The position numbers and the translations under genes were made by a program. A DNA stretch of 63,598 nucleotides, filler included, from Octopus bimaculoides (taxonomy: Eukaryota), in assembly GCF_001194135.2 (NCBI RefSeq). It is 7 parts of 7 records of this genome, joined end to end, with 100 filler letters (N's around TTAATTAATTAA, not from the genome) between each part and the next. Parts side by side here need not be neighbours in the genome. Positions count along the whole stretch, not along the records: positions 21,759 to 38,757 come from NC_068983.1; 6 more parts are not named here. One strand, 5' to 3'. Positions 26,635 through 38,400 of this stretch are shown one piece after another. Within the stretch, counting starts at the first letter, position 1; each line of letters opens with the position of its first letter. Under the pieces are notes generated by a model. That model did no database searches, was not told where the DNA came from, and was given only the letters and a program-made list of their open reading frames with translations.

Positions 26635-26989
26635 GGAGAGGGGGAGAGAGATGCCTACGCGAGACCATGTGATTAGGAAGCAAACGTCTTACCAGACAGC
26701 CACGCCCTCACTTATTTTTTTTTTTATAAAATGTATTTACTCAACACCTGCATGTGACTTGCAACATCAATTCATTTGACATCGTGCTTATCATTGATTT
26801 TATTTACATTAGTTCAGCTTGTGAGTTCATATTTCATGAGTAATCACTGAATTGGTTTATTAATAAGTCAATTAATCTATACATTTATTGTGTCTCGGTG
26901 GATGTTTTTTTTTTTCCTTACGTTTCATCCATGCTCTATATTTTTTCGTGTAGCCTCTCTTTTCAGATATATATACCTGATTCTTGCCA

Positions 26990-27040
26990 AACCTTCCAGC
27001 CCATGCCAGTATGGAACATGGACGTTAAAATGTTGATGTA
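26990..27040 (+). repeat. RTE-type 3' tail fragment
   Basis: ccagcccatgccagtatggaacatggacgttaaaatgttgat resembles the end of the 52824-53006 repeat. Confidence 0.55.
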
Positions 27041-27058
27041 ACGAAATCTTCCGCATCC

Positions 27059-27352
27059 TTGTCTGGCGTTTACATAAGGAAAAAAAAAAAGCTAGGAAAC
27101 ACAGTTCTGTCAAAATGCGTAGATATTTTCAGTATGTTCTCAAAGGAGTGGTTGAAAGAAGCCCTGGCTGATATATGGAATATTGTTTCTATCGCTCGAC
27201 TAAGAGTACATAGTACTCTACACTTAGTCTTCAAGATCGAAGACGAAACCAAGCAATGGACTGAGTTGGCGCGACGCACACCAGCACACAGGCTCGTGGC
27301 ACAGTATAAGGGGTCGGCGAAAGAGAAGGTTCACAGGCAGAAAGGGCACTGA
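27059..27352 (+). pseudogene. Truncated Tx1/L1-type ORF1 (RRM-like region) fragment
   Basis: IFSMFSKEWLKEALADIWNIVSIARLRVHSTLHLVFKIEDE...LVAQYKG aligns by eye with IEMVKGEEIEECLGEIVKRIMFIGRGRRFGTVEVRFATKEE...LLPTYRG of the 35749 ORF. Confidence 0.6.
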
Positions 27353-27410
27353 AAAAGAAATATTTCTCTCGTTCCCTCCCTATCTCTCTCGCTCCTCCTC
27401 GTTCCCCATA

Positions 27411-27633
27411 GGGCGGCCAGCTGGCTGAATCGTTAGCATGCCGGGCGAAATGCTTAGCAGTATTTCGGCTGCCGTTACGTTCTGAGTTCAAATTCCGATG
27501 AGGTCGACTTTGCTTTCATCCTTTGGGGTCGATTAAATGAGTACCAGTTACGCACTGGGGTCGATGTAATCGACTTAATCTCTTTGTCTGTTCGTCCCCT
27601 CTATGTTTAGCCTCCAGTTGACAATAAAGAAAT
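27411..27633 (+). mobile_element. SINE family B (tail type 2)
   Basis: Full head, central domain and tail, as at 24309. Confidence 0.92.
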
Positions 27634-29163
27634 TCCCCCTCGCTCCCCTTNNNNNNNNNNNNNNNNNNNNNNNNNNNNNNNNNNNNNNNNNNNNNNNNNN
27701 NNNNNNNNNNNNNNNNNNNNNNNNNNNNNNNNNNNNNNNNNNNNNNNNNNNNNNNNNNNNNNNNNNNNNNNNNNNNNNNNNNNNNNNNNNNNNNNNNNNN
27801 NNNNNNNNNNNNNNNNNNNNNNNNNNNNNNNNNNNNNNNNNNNNNNNNNNNNNNNNNNNNNNNNNNNNNNNNNNNNNNNNNNNNNNNNNNNNNNNNNNNN
27901 NNNNNNNNNNNNNNNNNNNNNNNNNNNNNNNNNNNNNNNNNNNNNNNNNNNNNNNNNNNNNNNNNNNNNNNNNNNNNNNNNNNNNNNNNNNNNNNNNNNN
28001 NNNNNNNNNNNNNNNNNNNNNNNNNNNGTCCCTTCCTGACACCTCTTTTCTACAACTTCCATATGGTAGACCTTCAATCAGCCTAGATTGTACAACAAGC
28101 CAATATGGTTGAAAGTATATATTTACTTCGAAAGTTTGTAATGTGTAACTTAGAATGAGGCCATGATTCTTGGAGAGCAACAAGCAAAACATCCCAATTT
28201 TTTTTTTTATTTTGCATAATCGTATGAATTCCCGAGTGTAGAATACAAATTCGCAAAAAATTTCTGAAAATTGCAAAAAATGCGTAAAGCAGAAATTGAT
28301 TTATTTACTGTTTCATACTAAAATACGTCACGCACAAAATGACAGCTTCCAAATCCTGTTTTTTGACTGGAGGAAAATTATCAAACCTCAATTGCTTTTT
28401 TTAAAACTTTTTTTTTTATTTAGAAAAAGTGAAATATCTCCTGAGATTCAGTTTGGGAAACTACATTAATACACCAAATTTTAACATTTTCAATAAACTT
28501 TGAAATATCCACAGCTGCAGCCAAACAGAAAAAAATTCCTTATCTTTAAGCCTTGTGCATATTCAATCGGTCACTTTTTTGTCTTTCATCCTTTCGGGAT
28601 CGATAAAAGTACTAGCTGAGCACCGGCCTTGTATGAAGATTTGAAACCAATATCTCAAAGAGGATGGAAATAATCATTAACAACATTCTCCAACTCCTTG
28701 AATATTTCCTTTCATCATGACCCCAATCCTGCTAGAGTTTTCGAGTAGCAGGAGAGTTCCATCAGATTTATACAAAACTTTTTTATTACCAATCATTCAC
28801 TCATCGCCTTTTACTCATTATTACACAACTCAATAATTTTCCCTTTCATCACGCAACAATAAGTTCACAGAACTTTATGGCTTAACTCATTCATCTATTA
28901 CCACCTATTTCCTAACCTCAAGAGAGAACAGGATTTTATAAATATTTTACGTCTTTATTTATTTACTTTTATTTCTATTAATCATTGTTTTTATCACCAA
29001 CCACGAAGTTACCATTTTCCTTGTTATAACCTGATTAACCAGTTATAAACAAACGAAACCTATAAATATTTTCTTTTCATGTATCTTTTATTATTCTTGT
29101 TTTGTTTTCAACCTGGACATGATAGATGCATTTTAAAAAATTTAATTCTCTTTTCTTCACCTC

Positions 29164-29164
<1 letters not shown>

Positions 29165-29246
<82 letters not shown>
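29165..29246 (+). repeat. (TTA)n microsatellite
   Basis: Directly visible. Confidence 0.97.
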
Positions 29247-30022
29247 NNNNNNNNNNNNNNNNNNNNNNNNNNNNNNNNNNNNNNNNNNNNNNNNNNNNNN
29301 NNNNNNNNNNNNNNNNNNNNNNNNNNNNNNNNNNNNNNNNNNNNNNNNNNNNNNNNNNNNNNNNNNNNNNNNNNNNNNNNNNNNNNNNNNNNNNNNNNNN
29401 NNNNNNNNNNNNNNNNNNNNNNNNNNNNNNNNNNNNNNNNNNNNNNNNNNNNNNNNNNNNNNNNNNNNNNNNNNNNNNNNNNNNNNNNNNNNNNNNNNNN
29501 NNNNNNNNNNNNNNNNNNNNNNNNNNNNNNNNNNNNNNNNNNNNNNNNNNNNNNNNNNNNNNNNNNNNNNNNNNNNNNNNNNNNNNNNNNNNNNNNNNNN
29601 NNNNNNNNNNNNNNNNNNNNNNNNNNNNNNNNNNNNNNNNNNNNNNNNNNNNNNNNNNNNNNNNNNNNNNNNNNNNNNNNNNNNNNNNNNNNNNNNNNNN
29701 NNNNNNNNNNNNNNNNNNNNNNNNNNNNNNNNNNNNNNNNNNNNNNNNNNNNNNNNNNNNNNNNNNNNNNNNNNNNNNNNNNNNNNNNNNNNNNNNNNNN
29801 NNNNNNNNNNNNNNNNNNNNNNNNNNNNNNNNNNNNNNNNNNNNNNNNNNNNNNNNNNNNNNNNNNNNNNNNNNNNNNNNNNNNNNNNNNNNNNNNNNNN
29901 NNNNNNNNNNNNNNNNNNNNNNNNNNNNNNNNNNNNNNNNNNNNNNNNNNNNNNNNNNNNNNNNNNNNNNNNNNNNNNNNNNNNNNNNNNNNNNNNNNNN
30001 NNNNNNNNNNNNNNNNNNNNNN

Positions 30023-30264
30023 AAAACACCCATGTTTCCGGAGGTGAATTATTCAAACACGAAAGAATTCCTCTCAACACATGGCTATGATGCTCCTCAA
30101 CTATTTCTGCTCGTGATCAGAGATGCACATATTGTCAGCCACCATGGGATATGCTCAACTGGTTAAGGTCAAACAACTGACAAGCAAATCTGTGGTATTG
30201 AGCAGAATATTTGCTGTAGCCCATCTTTTATACCAAGACAAAACAATGTACATGATAACACTCC

Positions 30265-30267
<3 letters not shown>
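30023..30267 (-). repeat. Non-coding interspersed repeat bounded by (TAA)n tracts, partly in gap
   Basis: Complex non-ORF sequence between (TTA)n tracts. Its repeat status is recalled, not shown by a second copy in this window. Confidence 0.4.
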
Positions 30268-30319
<52 letters not shown>

Positions 30320-30346
30320 GATAATAACAATAATGATGATAATAAT

Positions 30347-32690
30347 AAGCAAATCGTAAGCAATTTTAATTTTTCGTAGTATCATAGTGGGCGGTGTCAT
30401 GACCAATCCGAATAGTAATGGAATATTCCGCGTCTGATGTTCACTTTACCAAGTTTCTGTTTTCCTCCGATCAATTCAGTATTCCAATGTCTCATACTTT
30501 CATTATGCATTTTCTCCATATTTTTTTTGCTCTTCCAAACATGCTCATTGCTTTACTTATCCAACTGTGTGGTACCATGTCGTATGCATTTTTGTAATCT
30601 ATCCATGCTATATTCAATCCCGTCAATCTGCGTCTACAATTTCTAATTATTATTTTATCAGCTAATGAGTAATCTTTTTCTGCCTTATTTTGTTTCCTGT
30701 ATCCTTTCTCTTCTTCTGGAAGTAAATTGTTACTTTCCAGATGATTGTATAATTCTTCCGCCAATGCACAGGTTATAAGCTTCCGTTGGCACTCCGTCGC
30801 TTACGACGTCGAGGGTTCCAGTTGATCCGATCAACGGAACAGCCTGCTCGTGAAATTAACGTGCAAGTGGCTGAGCATTCCACAGACACGTGTACCCTTA
30901 ACGTAGTCCTCGCGGATATTCAGTGTGACACAGTGTGACAAGGCTGACCCTTTGAATTACAGGCACAACAGAAACAGGAAGTAAGAGTGAGAGAAAGTTG
31001 TGGTGGAAGAGTACAGCAGGGTTCGCCACCATCTCCTGCCGGAACCTCGTGGAGCTTTAGGTGTTTTCGCTCAATAAACACTCACGATGCCCGGTCTGGG
31101 AATCGAAACCGCGGTCCTATGACCGCGAGTCCGCTGCCCTAACCACTGGGCCATTGCGCCTCCACTATAAGCTTCCACATAAGTGGTAAACAGATTATTG
31201 GTCGATAATTTGATGCCAAGTTCCTCTCAAACGATCCTTAAGGCATAGCAGCGTTCATCTAGGCAAGGATGTGACCTTGCTGCAGGCAGTCATCCAGTTG
31301 TGCTGCGATCCTGTCATGCAACTGTGTAAAGTTCTTCAACCAATAGCCTTGTACTCCATCTGGGCCTGGTTCTTTCCAATTTGCTATTTATTTTTCACTT
31401 CTGTTTCACCCTATATAGATTAATTTTGACGTCTTTTTGTCTTGGCAGAGTCACAAGTTGTCTTTCCACCTTTGTTAGACACCCTGCGCTTTCTTTATGT
31501 CTGGCCAGCCTGTTCCATAGCTCTCTCCAAACTTCTTTACTTTCTTCCACATCTGGGATCAGTTCCTGGTGTTGGTCTCCCTCTATTTCCTCAAATAAAC
31601 GCCTTCAATTTTATTGGAACAATCTATTCTATTCGAAACGTTGCATCTAGCATATCTTTTCAATTTGGCCTTTAATGCTGTCGTTATCTTTTGTGTCAAT
31701 TCTTCATGTACTGTTTGTTTTCCCCTTTCTTCTAATCGGTACTGTCCATTCAAGTTTTTGATTACTACCTTATTCTTGAGCTCTCTTCTCATTATCCTAT
31801 TCAATTGCCTCAGTTCTTTCCGTGTCTTTTTCATCTTCATTCGTATTCTCGTCTTCCAGTTTGGTTCCTTCTTTTCAAATGCTGTTATATCTTTACTTTT
31901 TCGCTTGTAGTCTACTATGTTAGCTACGACATTAGTAGCAGCTATGATTACCTGGTTTGTTTCACTGATGTTTTCTGTTTTAATCATACTTAAAATGTCA
32001 TTTACTTTGCCTGTGGATCTCCTCACATTTTTCTATCCATATATCTTACATTTGGTGGTACTTCATTGTTCCCATCAGGCATTTGACCTCGCAACATTTC
32101 TAAGATCTTCTCTTCATCATTCAAGTCTTGTGCAGTACTTACTGTCACTTGTTTTTTCTAGATCGTCTTCATTAGTTACTTTATCAGTATTTTCTGGTAC
32201 TCTGCGGTTTCCATCTGTTGCATGTTCTTCATCTCTTACCCCTTCATTACCGCTTTCTGCTACTGCTGTTTCACTCTCCTTCTGCTCTATTTTTAAGCTT
32301 CTCTGAATTTCTGCAATCTCTACCGTTCCTACGGATTGCTCTTGCTTGATCTATCAGTCGCTGGGTGGATGTTTCAAAACCTCCCTTTTCCTCCCATATT
32401 CTCATCATTCGATTCATGAAGCCTCTTTTATTTAGCTTACTTCTCAGCCAGCATTCTATCACTATTTTCTTTCCCATTTCATTCTTTTTCGTTTGCACTT
32501 TTGACTGCGATTTTTCTTACTGCTCCGTGAGTTTATGCTTGGTTTTATTTTTTAGAAGTTTCTTTTTGCAGATTCTATTGTTCAGTCTTATTCCTTGGTT
32601 CATCAGAATCATAAGGAATTGATCAATCGTTTTTGTTACTTGTCCTACAGGACAAAATTTTGGAAGAAAGGAATTTTTCTCCGATACATA
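30347..32690 (-). mobile_element. R4/Dong-clade non-LTR retrotransposon relic (N-terminus plus partial RT), 3'-truncated
   Basis: Minus-strand fragments: [134 protein letters not shown]. Many stops and frameshifts. It ends before the YxDD motif. Confidence 0.9.
30785..31165 (-). mobile_element. tRNA-derived SINE family C, full length, 11-bp TSD
   Basis: Head gtggaggcgcaatggcccagtggttaggg (A-box)...ggtttcgattccc (B-box). TSD TATAAGCTTCC at 30774-30784 and 31166-31176. Removing it restores the RT frame MWKLITCAL. Confidence 0.95.
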
Positions 32691-32890
32691 AAAAATAATT
32701 TCAAAATAGTATCATCATCGCTGAACCAAGAAGAGAGGAAAGTGGGAGAAGGTTGTGAACGTGAAATCGTTTTACGCGACCGACTTCCCTCACACAATTC
32801 TTCAGAGTGTAATTAAATAGTAGCAGTAGTATCAAAAGCAACACCAACAATAACAACAACAATAGAAGCAGCAGCAGTAGCAGCAGCAGC

Positions 32891-32936
<46 letters not shown>

Positions 32937-33099
32937 TCAGTAGCAGTGGCATGGACAATGACATGTCCNNNNNNNNNNNNNNNACCACCGCCGCCGCCAC
33001 CACCACTACCTCAATAAAAAGTAATAATAGCGACAACGATGGTTCAAACATTGCCAACAGCATTAAAAGATTCATCAAAAAATATTTCTTTTGCTAAAA

Positions 33100-35395
33100 T
33101 CGCGCAAATGTGTTGGATGTTATCCTACAAGAGAACAAGAGAGAACAAGGAAAAAACACACTAACCGAACAGAACAAAGTTACACTTAATATACAACAAC
33201 ACTTCTTGGCGCAAACAGAAAAGAAAACCATGAAGTATAGATGTTTATCGACGAAAAGATAAAGTTAAAGCGTATACCTTCAGATCGAGCTAAACTATGT
33301 TAAAAGAATATGTGACAGAGCATCAGTTTTGAGGGATATGTCCATAAATTCTGATATATCCAAGTTATTTTCCACCTTGAAACTCTAGTTCAGAAGCACT
33401 TCACCATCATGAGGAGAGAGTGATCCGAATAAAAGTCACAAACATACCACGAGAACTACATTTTTGGTGGGTGAGGAAATATGTAGAAGACCCTAGCTCG
33501 CTTCTAGAAATAAAAAAAATTTCGGAAAGAGAATTGGGTTGGGATACGATAGAAGATTCTGGCTAAAATGAAACTTGAGTCACTCGACAAAATTCCTGAT
33601 CTAATAGAGATCCTAGGAAGGCAGCAAGTGCAGGAAGTTGTGGAAGGCGGAAGATAGCGACGTTACAAATGTGAAACACAACACACCTCAAGGCTTTTAG
33701 TCCCCAACAACACTACTTCAACAACAGCAGAAACTACGACTCACGTACTCGGAACAACAGCATGCAACTGCATCATCAGTGATTGCAGCATCCGCTACAA
33801 GATTGGAAACAACAGTTACAACAACATCAGCAGCAAAATTAATGAAAAGAAGAAAATAAACATCGCCCGCAAGAGTCACTACATCACCAACCTCAGCAAC
33901 TGAAAGTCCCCAAATAATAACACAAAATGACAATGATCCCCAAAACATGCCCCTCCCTGATTGGGACCATTTGGATACGTCATGTGGCGAAGAGGACGGT
34001 AAGGAACCTAAATGACAAATGCAAAGAACAGAAAAAGAAAGACACTAGCAAAAAACTAACAGATCTGAACAAATGGAGATGCCTTTGAGCAACATTGCCC
34101 CAAAACCACCCCAACAACTGTTATACCTGACACCGCCACCATCACTTTATCACAGATACCACCATTATAAGCAATACCTAATTCACACAGCAGCACTCAG
34201 ATCACGCACTCCAACACAGACAAAAAAGATATTAACTACACGGCCATCCGGAGGTACGGAACACCAGTCCTACCATAAGAATAAGGTACGTGATCCTTTC
34301 TCGGTTTCTTCTCTCTTGTTGATCATGTCTGTGCACAGAATAGGAAGTGCAAATGTATGTGGCCTAGAGTCACCTTGAAAGCAAAGTCATCTGCTCAACA
34401 AAATCAAGGCATAAGATATAGAGGTGGTGGCCATCAGCAAGACTAGAGTTTCCGATCCCCGAGCCGTCATGCCCATTTTCAGTGGATACGAGATATAATT
34501 ATCTCCAAGTCGACCGGAATTGGGAGATGAAACTGCCGTGCTGTTTTGTAAAGGTCTGTATCTCACGATACAGACCATTCTCTTGAACCCAGAATGTAAG
34601 TTGGTGGTCCTAGATCTAAACAGTAGCGAAAGTGGCACCTGGTTACGCTTCGATAGAGGCGTAACAGCCAGATTTCTTCAGATGTTTGGAGGTTTTCCAA
34701 AGAATGTCCCACTCTTTAGTGCTAGTGGTTGACTGGAATGTTTTCTTAGGTGCACATTTGGCTTGTGTAGGACTAGTTGATAGGAGAGGGAATGTAAGAG
34801 TCTTGCAAACCCGCTCACACTTTTTCAACTGCTTGACAGACACCGCTTAGATTTTCTGAATGTGTTAATTAAAATGGTCTACTACTTATTGCACATTTTG
34901 TGACCTGTACGGTCACCTAGATAGGTTTCGTAAGCAGAGATCCGGTTACTGGAAGCTGAATGCGTGGTGTGTGTCCCGGCGCGTCAACCTTACAGAAGCC
35001 AGATTAGCGGATTAGTTAAGCCGGCATTGACAGAAAATTGTCAGCAACAAATTGTGGTTTTCCATGAAAAGTATGATTAAATTACAATGAGTTAAGTTTA
35101 GTAAGGTTGTAGTTGCGATAGAAAAGAAGTAGAATAGGGGGAGGGTTAACTAGAAACTTAGAAGGCGTGCTTAGGAAAGGCAACGCAAACGAAGTGCTTG
35201 CGGCGAAATTAGCCCTCATTCAGTTCTTCAACGGGAAGGACAAAAGCTGCATTGTTAGAAGGAAGGAACGTCTTGTATGATACTAAGGAACAAATCGCAA
35301 TGTTATAGTATAGTAGTTTGTCCGTCGATGCGACGAAGACCATCTCGTCATCCTGAATGTTATAAAATCATGAAAATTTCTTTTTAAAAAAAACA
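33100..35395 (+). mobile_element. Decayed Tx1/L1-clade LINE (ORF1 relic plus ORF2 AP endonuclease), 3'-truncated
   Basis: ORF1 relic: RVIRIKVTNIP, SLDKIPDLIEILGRQQVQEVVEGGR*RRYKC. ORF2 relic: IGSANVCGL...IEVVAISKTR...ILLNPECKLVVLDLNSSE, DWNVFL, YLDR, GYWKLNA. Confidence 0.85.
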
Positions 35396-35748
35396 ACAGT
35401 ACAAATACAAGAGCACTCAGAGAGCGCAAACCCTCGCCAAGGAACACCAACGTCCTCTCAACGATTAGCCAGAGATGATTTTTTAAATGAGAATATCTGA
35501 AATAAACTCGACTGCTCTCTCAAACGAGAATACTAAAAAAAACCCGATCGCTCACAAAAATTAAGTAAAAGAACAGGAAAAATAATCCAGAATCTTTATC
35601 CGGTACCGGATCGATCGTAAAATCTAATCAGTGCGAGTCACAGTTTGTGAGTTCGTGAAGAAGGCAAATATTACTGTTGAAGCGTCTCGCGCGTGCTGCT
35701 GTTGTTGTTCTTTTTTCCCCAGTTTGGGTGAAATGAGGTCCCTCCGAT

Positions 35749-36916
35749 ATGGAGAGCTACGCAGGGGCCGCTGCGGCGAGAACATCCGCGTCACTTGAAG
35801 CAAAGCAAAAAGAGGTTAATATGGAGGAGGTTTTAAGAAGTGAGCAATGGATAAGAAAGGAGGGAGATACTATTAAGCTGATCCCTCCAACAGAGACGAA
35901 AAATGATAAGAGTTTGAGAACGGTGATATATAGGACACAAGTGGTTGCCACTAACAAGATAGAGATGGTAAAGGGAGAAGAAATCGAAGAATGTTTGGGA
36001 GAAATTGTGAAGAGAATTATGTTCATTGGCAGAGGAAGAAGATTTGGCACGGTGGAGGTGAGGTTTGCCACAAAGGAAGAGGCGGCCATGCATTCCACTA
36101 CCATCCTGAAGATAGAGAAGGTGGCGCTGCTTCCCACTTACAGGGGAAGGTGCAGTGTTCAGATCAGGATACCGAGAGTTAGTGGCAGCTGTTCTGGCTG
36201 CAACCGAGGATGAACCTGAACTGGGACCAGTTGGAGAGACAAAAATGTTAAACTGGTGGGGATTTGGGGTCGAAATGTGGCTTTTTTCCACAGTCGAAGA
36301 CATAGAACGAATCCCCTACTAGATTGAGGTCGAAGAGGAGAAAACTTTGAATGCGGTAGTGGAAGGAAGGAGACCCAATTGTTACCTATGCGGTGTGAGG
36401 GGTCACATGAGGACCAAGTGCCCCTTATTTGAATTTACGCAGAGCGAAAAGGTTGTGGAGAAGGAGCAAAGGAAAGAGTAGACGGAGGAGCAATTACAAG
36501 TAAAGAACGATAAAGATAAGGAGGATAGTACCCAGGTAGTCAAAGAGAAGAAAAAGAGTGAAGAAACAAAGGAAAAGAATGACAATGAGGTTATCAGCCC
36601 CAAAAGAAGGAAGAAATCAAAGGCAAGCGATCGTTCAGTAGAAAACAAGAAAGGTAAGGGGAAATTTGAAGCTAGAAACAAACAAGAGAGAAAAGAAAAA
36701 GTAGTGGAAGAACTATGTAAATACAAAGGTGTCCTGATAAGATATGAGAAGAGTGAGGACGCGGAAAGAGAAATCACGGAATGGGAGGGACAGATAAGAG
36801 TGAAGATGACTGGAAGAGAGTTTGGAGCAAATGAAGGATGTATTTTAATATCTGAAGAAGAGCATGAGAGATTTATAGATGAAATTAATGTAGAAGCAAG
36901 GAGACGAGAATGTTAG
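35749..36916 (+). pseudogene. Gag-like ORF1p (~389 codons; RRM-like region, CCHC zinc knuckle, K/E-rich linker)
   Basis: ATG at 35749; one frameshift at ~36181; in-frame TAG at 36320 and 36479; CYLCGVRGHMRTKC (CX2CX4HX4C) at 36380-36421; stop at 36914-36916. Confidence 0.85.
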
Positions 36917-36981
36917 TTGCGTGAGATTCCACCTCTTGTAATCGAATATGACGAGTTGAAAAGAATAGAAATAGCATAGGA

Positions 36982-37434
36982 CAGTGGTTCCCAAACTACG
37001 AGTCGCGACCCACTGATGGGTCGCGAACGGAATCCTAGTGGGTCGCAAAAAGTTATAAAATTACGTATTAGCTTTGATTAACTGCTGTCTATCGAGATAG
37101 TTCAAGACTCATGTTTTCAATACCAGACTGGTTGTTTTATCAAGCAGTAGGCTTTTTTCACAAATTTAACAAATCAGAGTCTGTTTTTACCTATTTATAG
37201 AGAACTTTAACTAGGTGCAGTACAACACTGATCGTGCCGATAACAATTACTGCTTCGAGGTTTTGTATTAGAGTTAATACCTGCCCATAAGGTATGGAGA
37301 CGTTGAAACAGTTATAAAACGTTTTGTTTCACATTTAATATAACCCTAACCCTATCCCAGTGGAGTTAAATGGGTCACCATAAACTGGTGTCATAAATAG
37401 TGGGTCTCATCTCTAAAAAGTTTGGGAACCACTA
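36982..37434. mobile_element. hAT (Charlie-like) MITE, 453 bp
   Basis: TIR CAGTGGTTCCCAAACT / AGTTTGGGAACCACTA (15/16). 8-bp TSD GCATAGGA at 36974-36981 and 37435-37442. Confidence 0.95.
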
Positions 37435-38400
37435 GCATAGGACATTTAATTTTAAGAAAAAATCTGGAAAAATGTATATACATAGACTTTTATGTTAAAG
37501 AGAAAAACTGACTAAATGTAACCACTCGACTTCGGGTGTCGAGTGGGCATTACGCCTCATTTTCATTTTTTCATATTATCATTCGTTTATTTTTCTTTTT
37601 TTCTTTTTTGCTGATTCTATCTCCTTTTTGTAATTTTTAGTCCCCCGAGTTTGTGTTTGTTTTGTCTGTTTTGTTTCGATTTCTATGTAGCCTTTCATAG
37701 GTCATAAAAAAATCGATCCCAAAATCTAATCAGTCCGTGCCAGTCACGAGGCCAAACATCCCTGAATGTTTTATCCGAATCCATCCAGCGGTTCTGGAAA
37801 TATTTTTTTCATGAACAAACAAACAAACAAACAAACAAACAAACACGACTGAAAACAATACCTTCACCGTAGCGAAGGCGGAGGTAATAACCCAAGTTCA
37901 ATGAGCTCATAATTAACCCTGAAGAAGCCCTACCCCCATATAGGTAGAATATGATACCGTTCTTAGCATTTAATCAAATGCTTAGAACTGCTGATCAACT
38001 TGGTGATAAAACTGAAACATATATGTAGGTTCCTTTATTTATTTATTTATTTATTTGTTTATTTATTTGTTTATTTATTTATTTATTAGCTTTACAACTT
38101 GCAGTCATTTTATTTGTCTTGTTATGTTTTTAAAAGAAATTTTCATCATTTTAAAATATACAAATAAATTGTTCTCACATCCATTTTTTCTCCATTTTCT
38201 TATGTGTGTGTGTGTGTGTGTGTGTGTACATACATACACACACTCACACATGGCGAGAAAAAGAGAGAGAGGGGGAGAATTGATGTATAAACATCCAAAA
38301 ATAAATCCACGGTAATTAAGAGCTCAATTAATAACCGGTCGTAAAACTCAAACACGTTGTTATATTGCAGTGAGATTAAGTTTTTCTGCTTTTATTATAT

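Larger units (their letters stand above)
35633..37711 (+). mobile_element. ORF1-only (HAL1-like) Tx1/L1-derived retroelement with A-tail and 23-bp TSD
   Basis: TSD atcgatc(gt/cc)aaaatctaatcagt at 35610-35632 and 37712-37734 (21/23 identical). It ends in ggtcat-A7 and has a T-rich 3' UTR. No RT or endonuclease sequence lies between the ORF1 stop and the tail. Confidence 0.8.
35405..37890 (+). mobile_element. Helentron-associated non-autonomous element (HINE/DINE-1-like), split by a nested insertion
   Basis: Starts with acaagagcactcagagagcgcaaaccctcgcc (5' subTIR-like), has a (CAAA)n core at ~37814-37845, and ends in an imperfect palindrome taccttcacc-gtagcgaa-ggcggaggta. The halves rejoin at the 23-bp duplicated site. 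Confidence 0.6.

Noticed and set aside
31080-31165. tRNA genes (also the SINE A and B heads)
   Set aside because: A/B boxes are present but they continue into multi-copy SINE bodies with tails or TSDs, and no complete cloverleaf could be supported.
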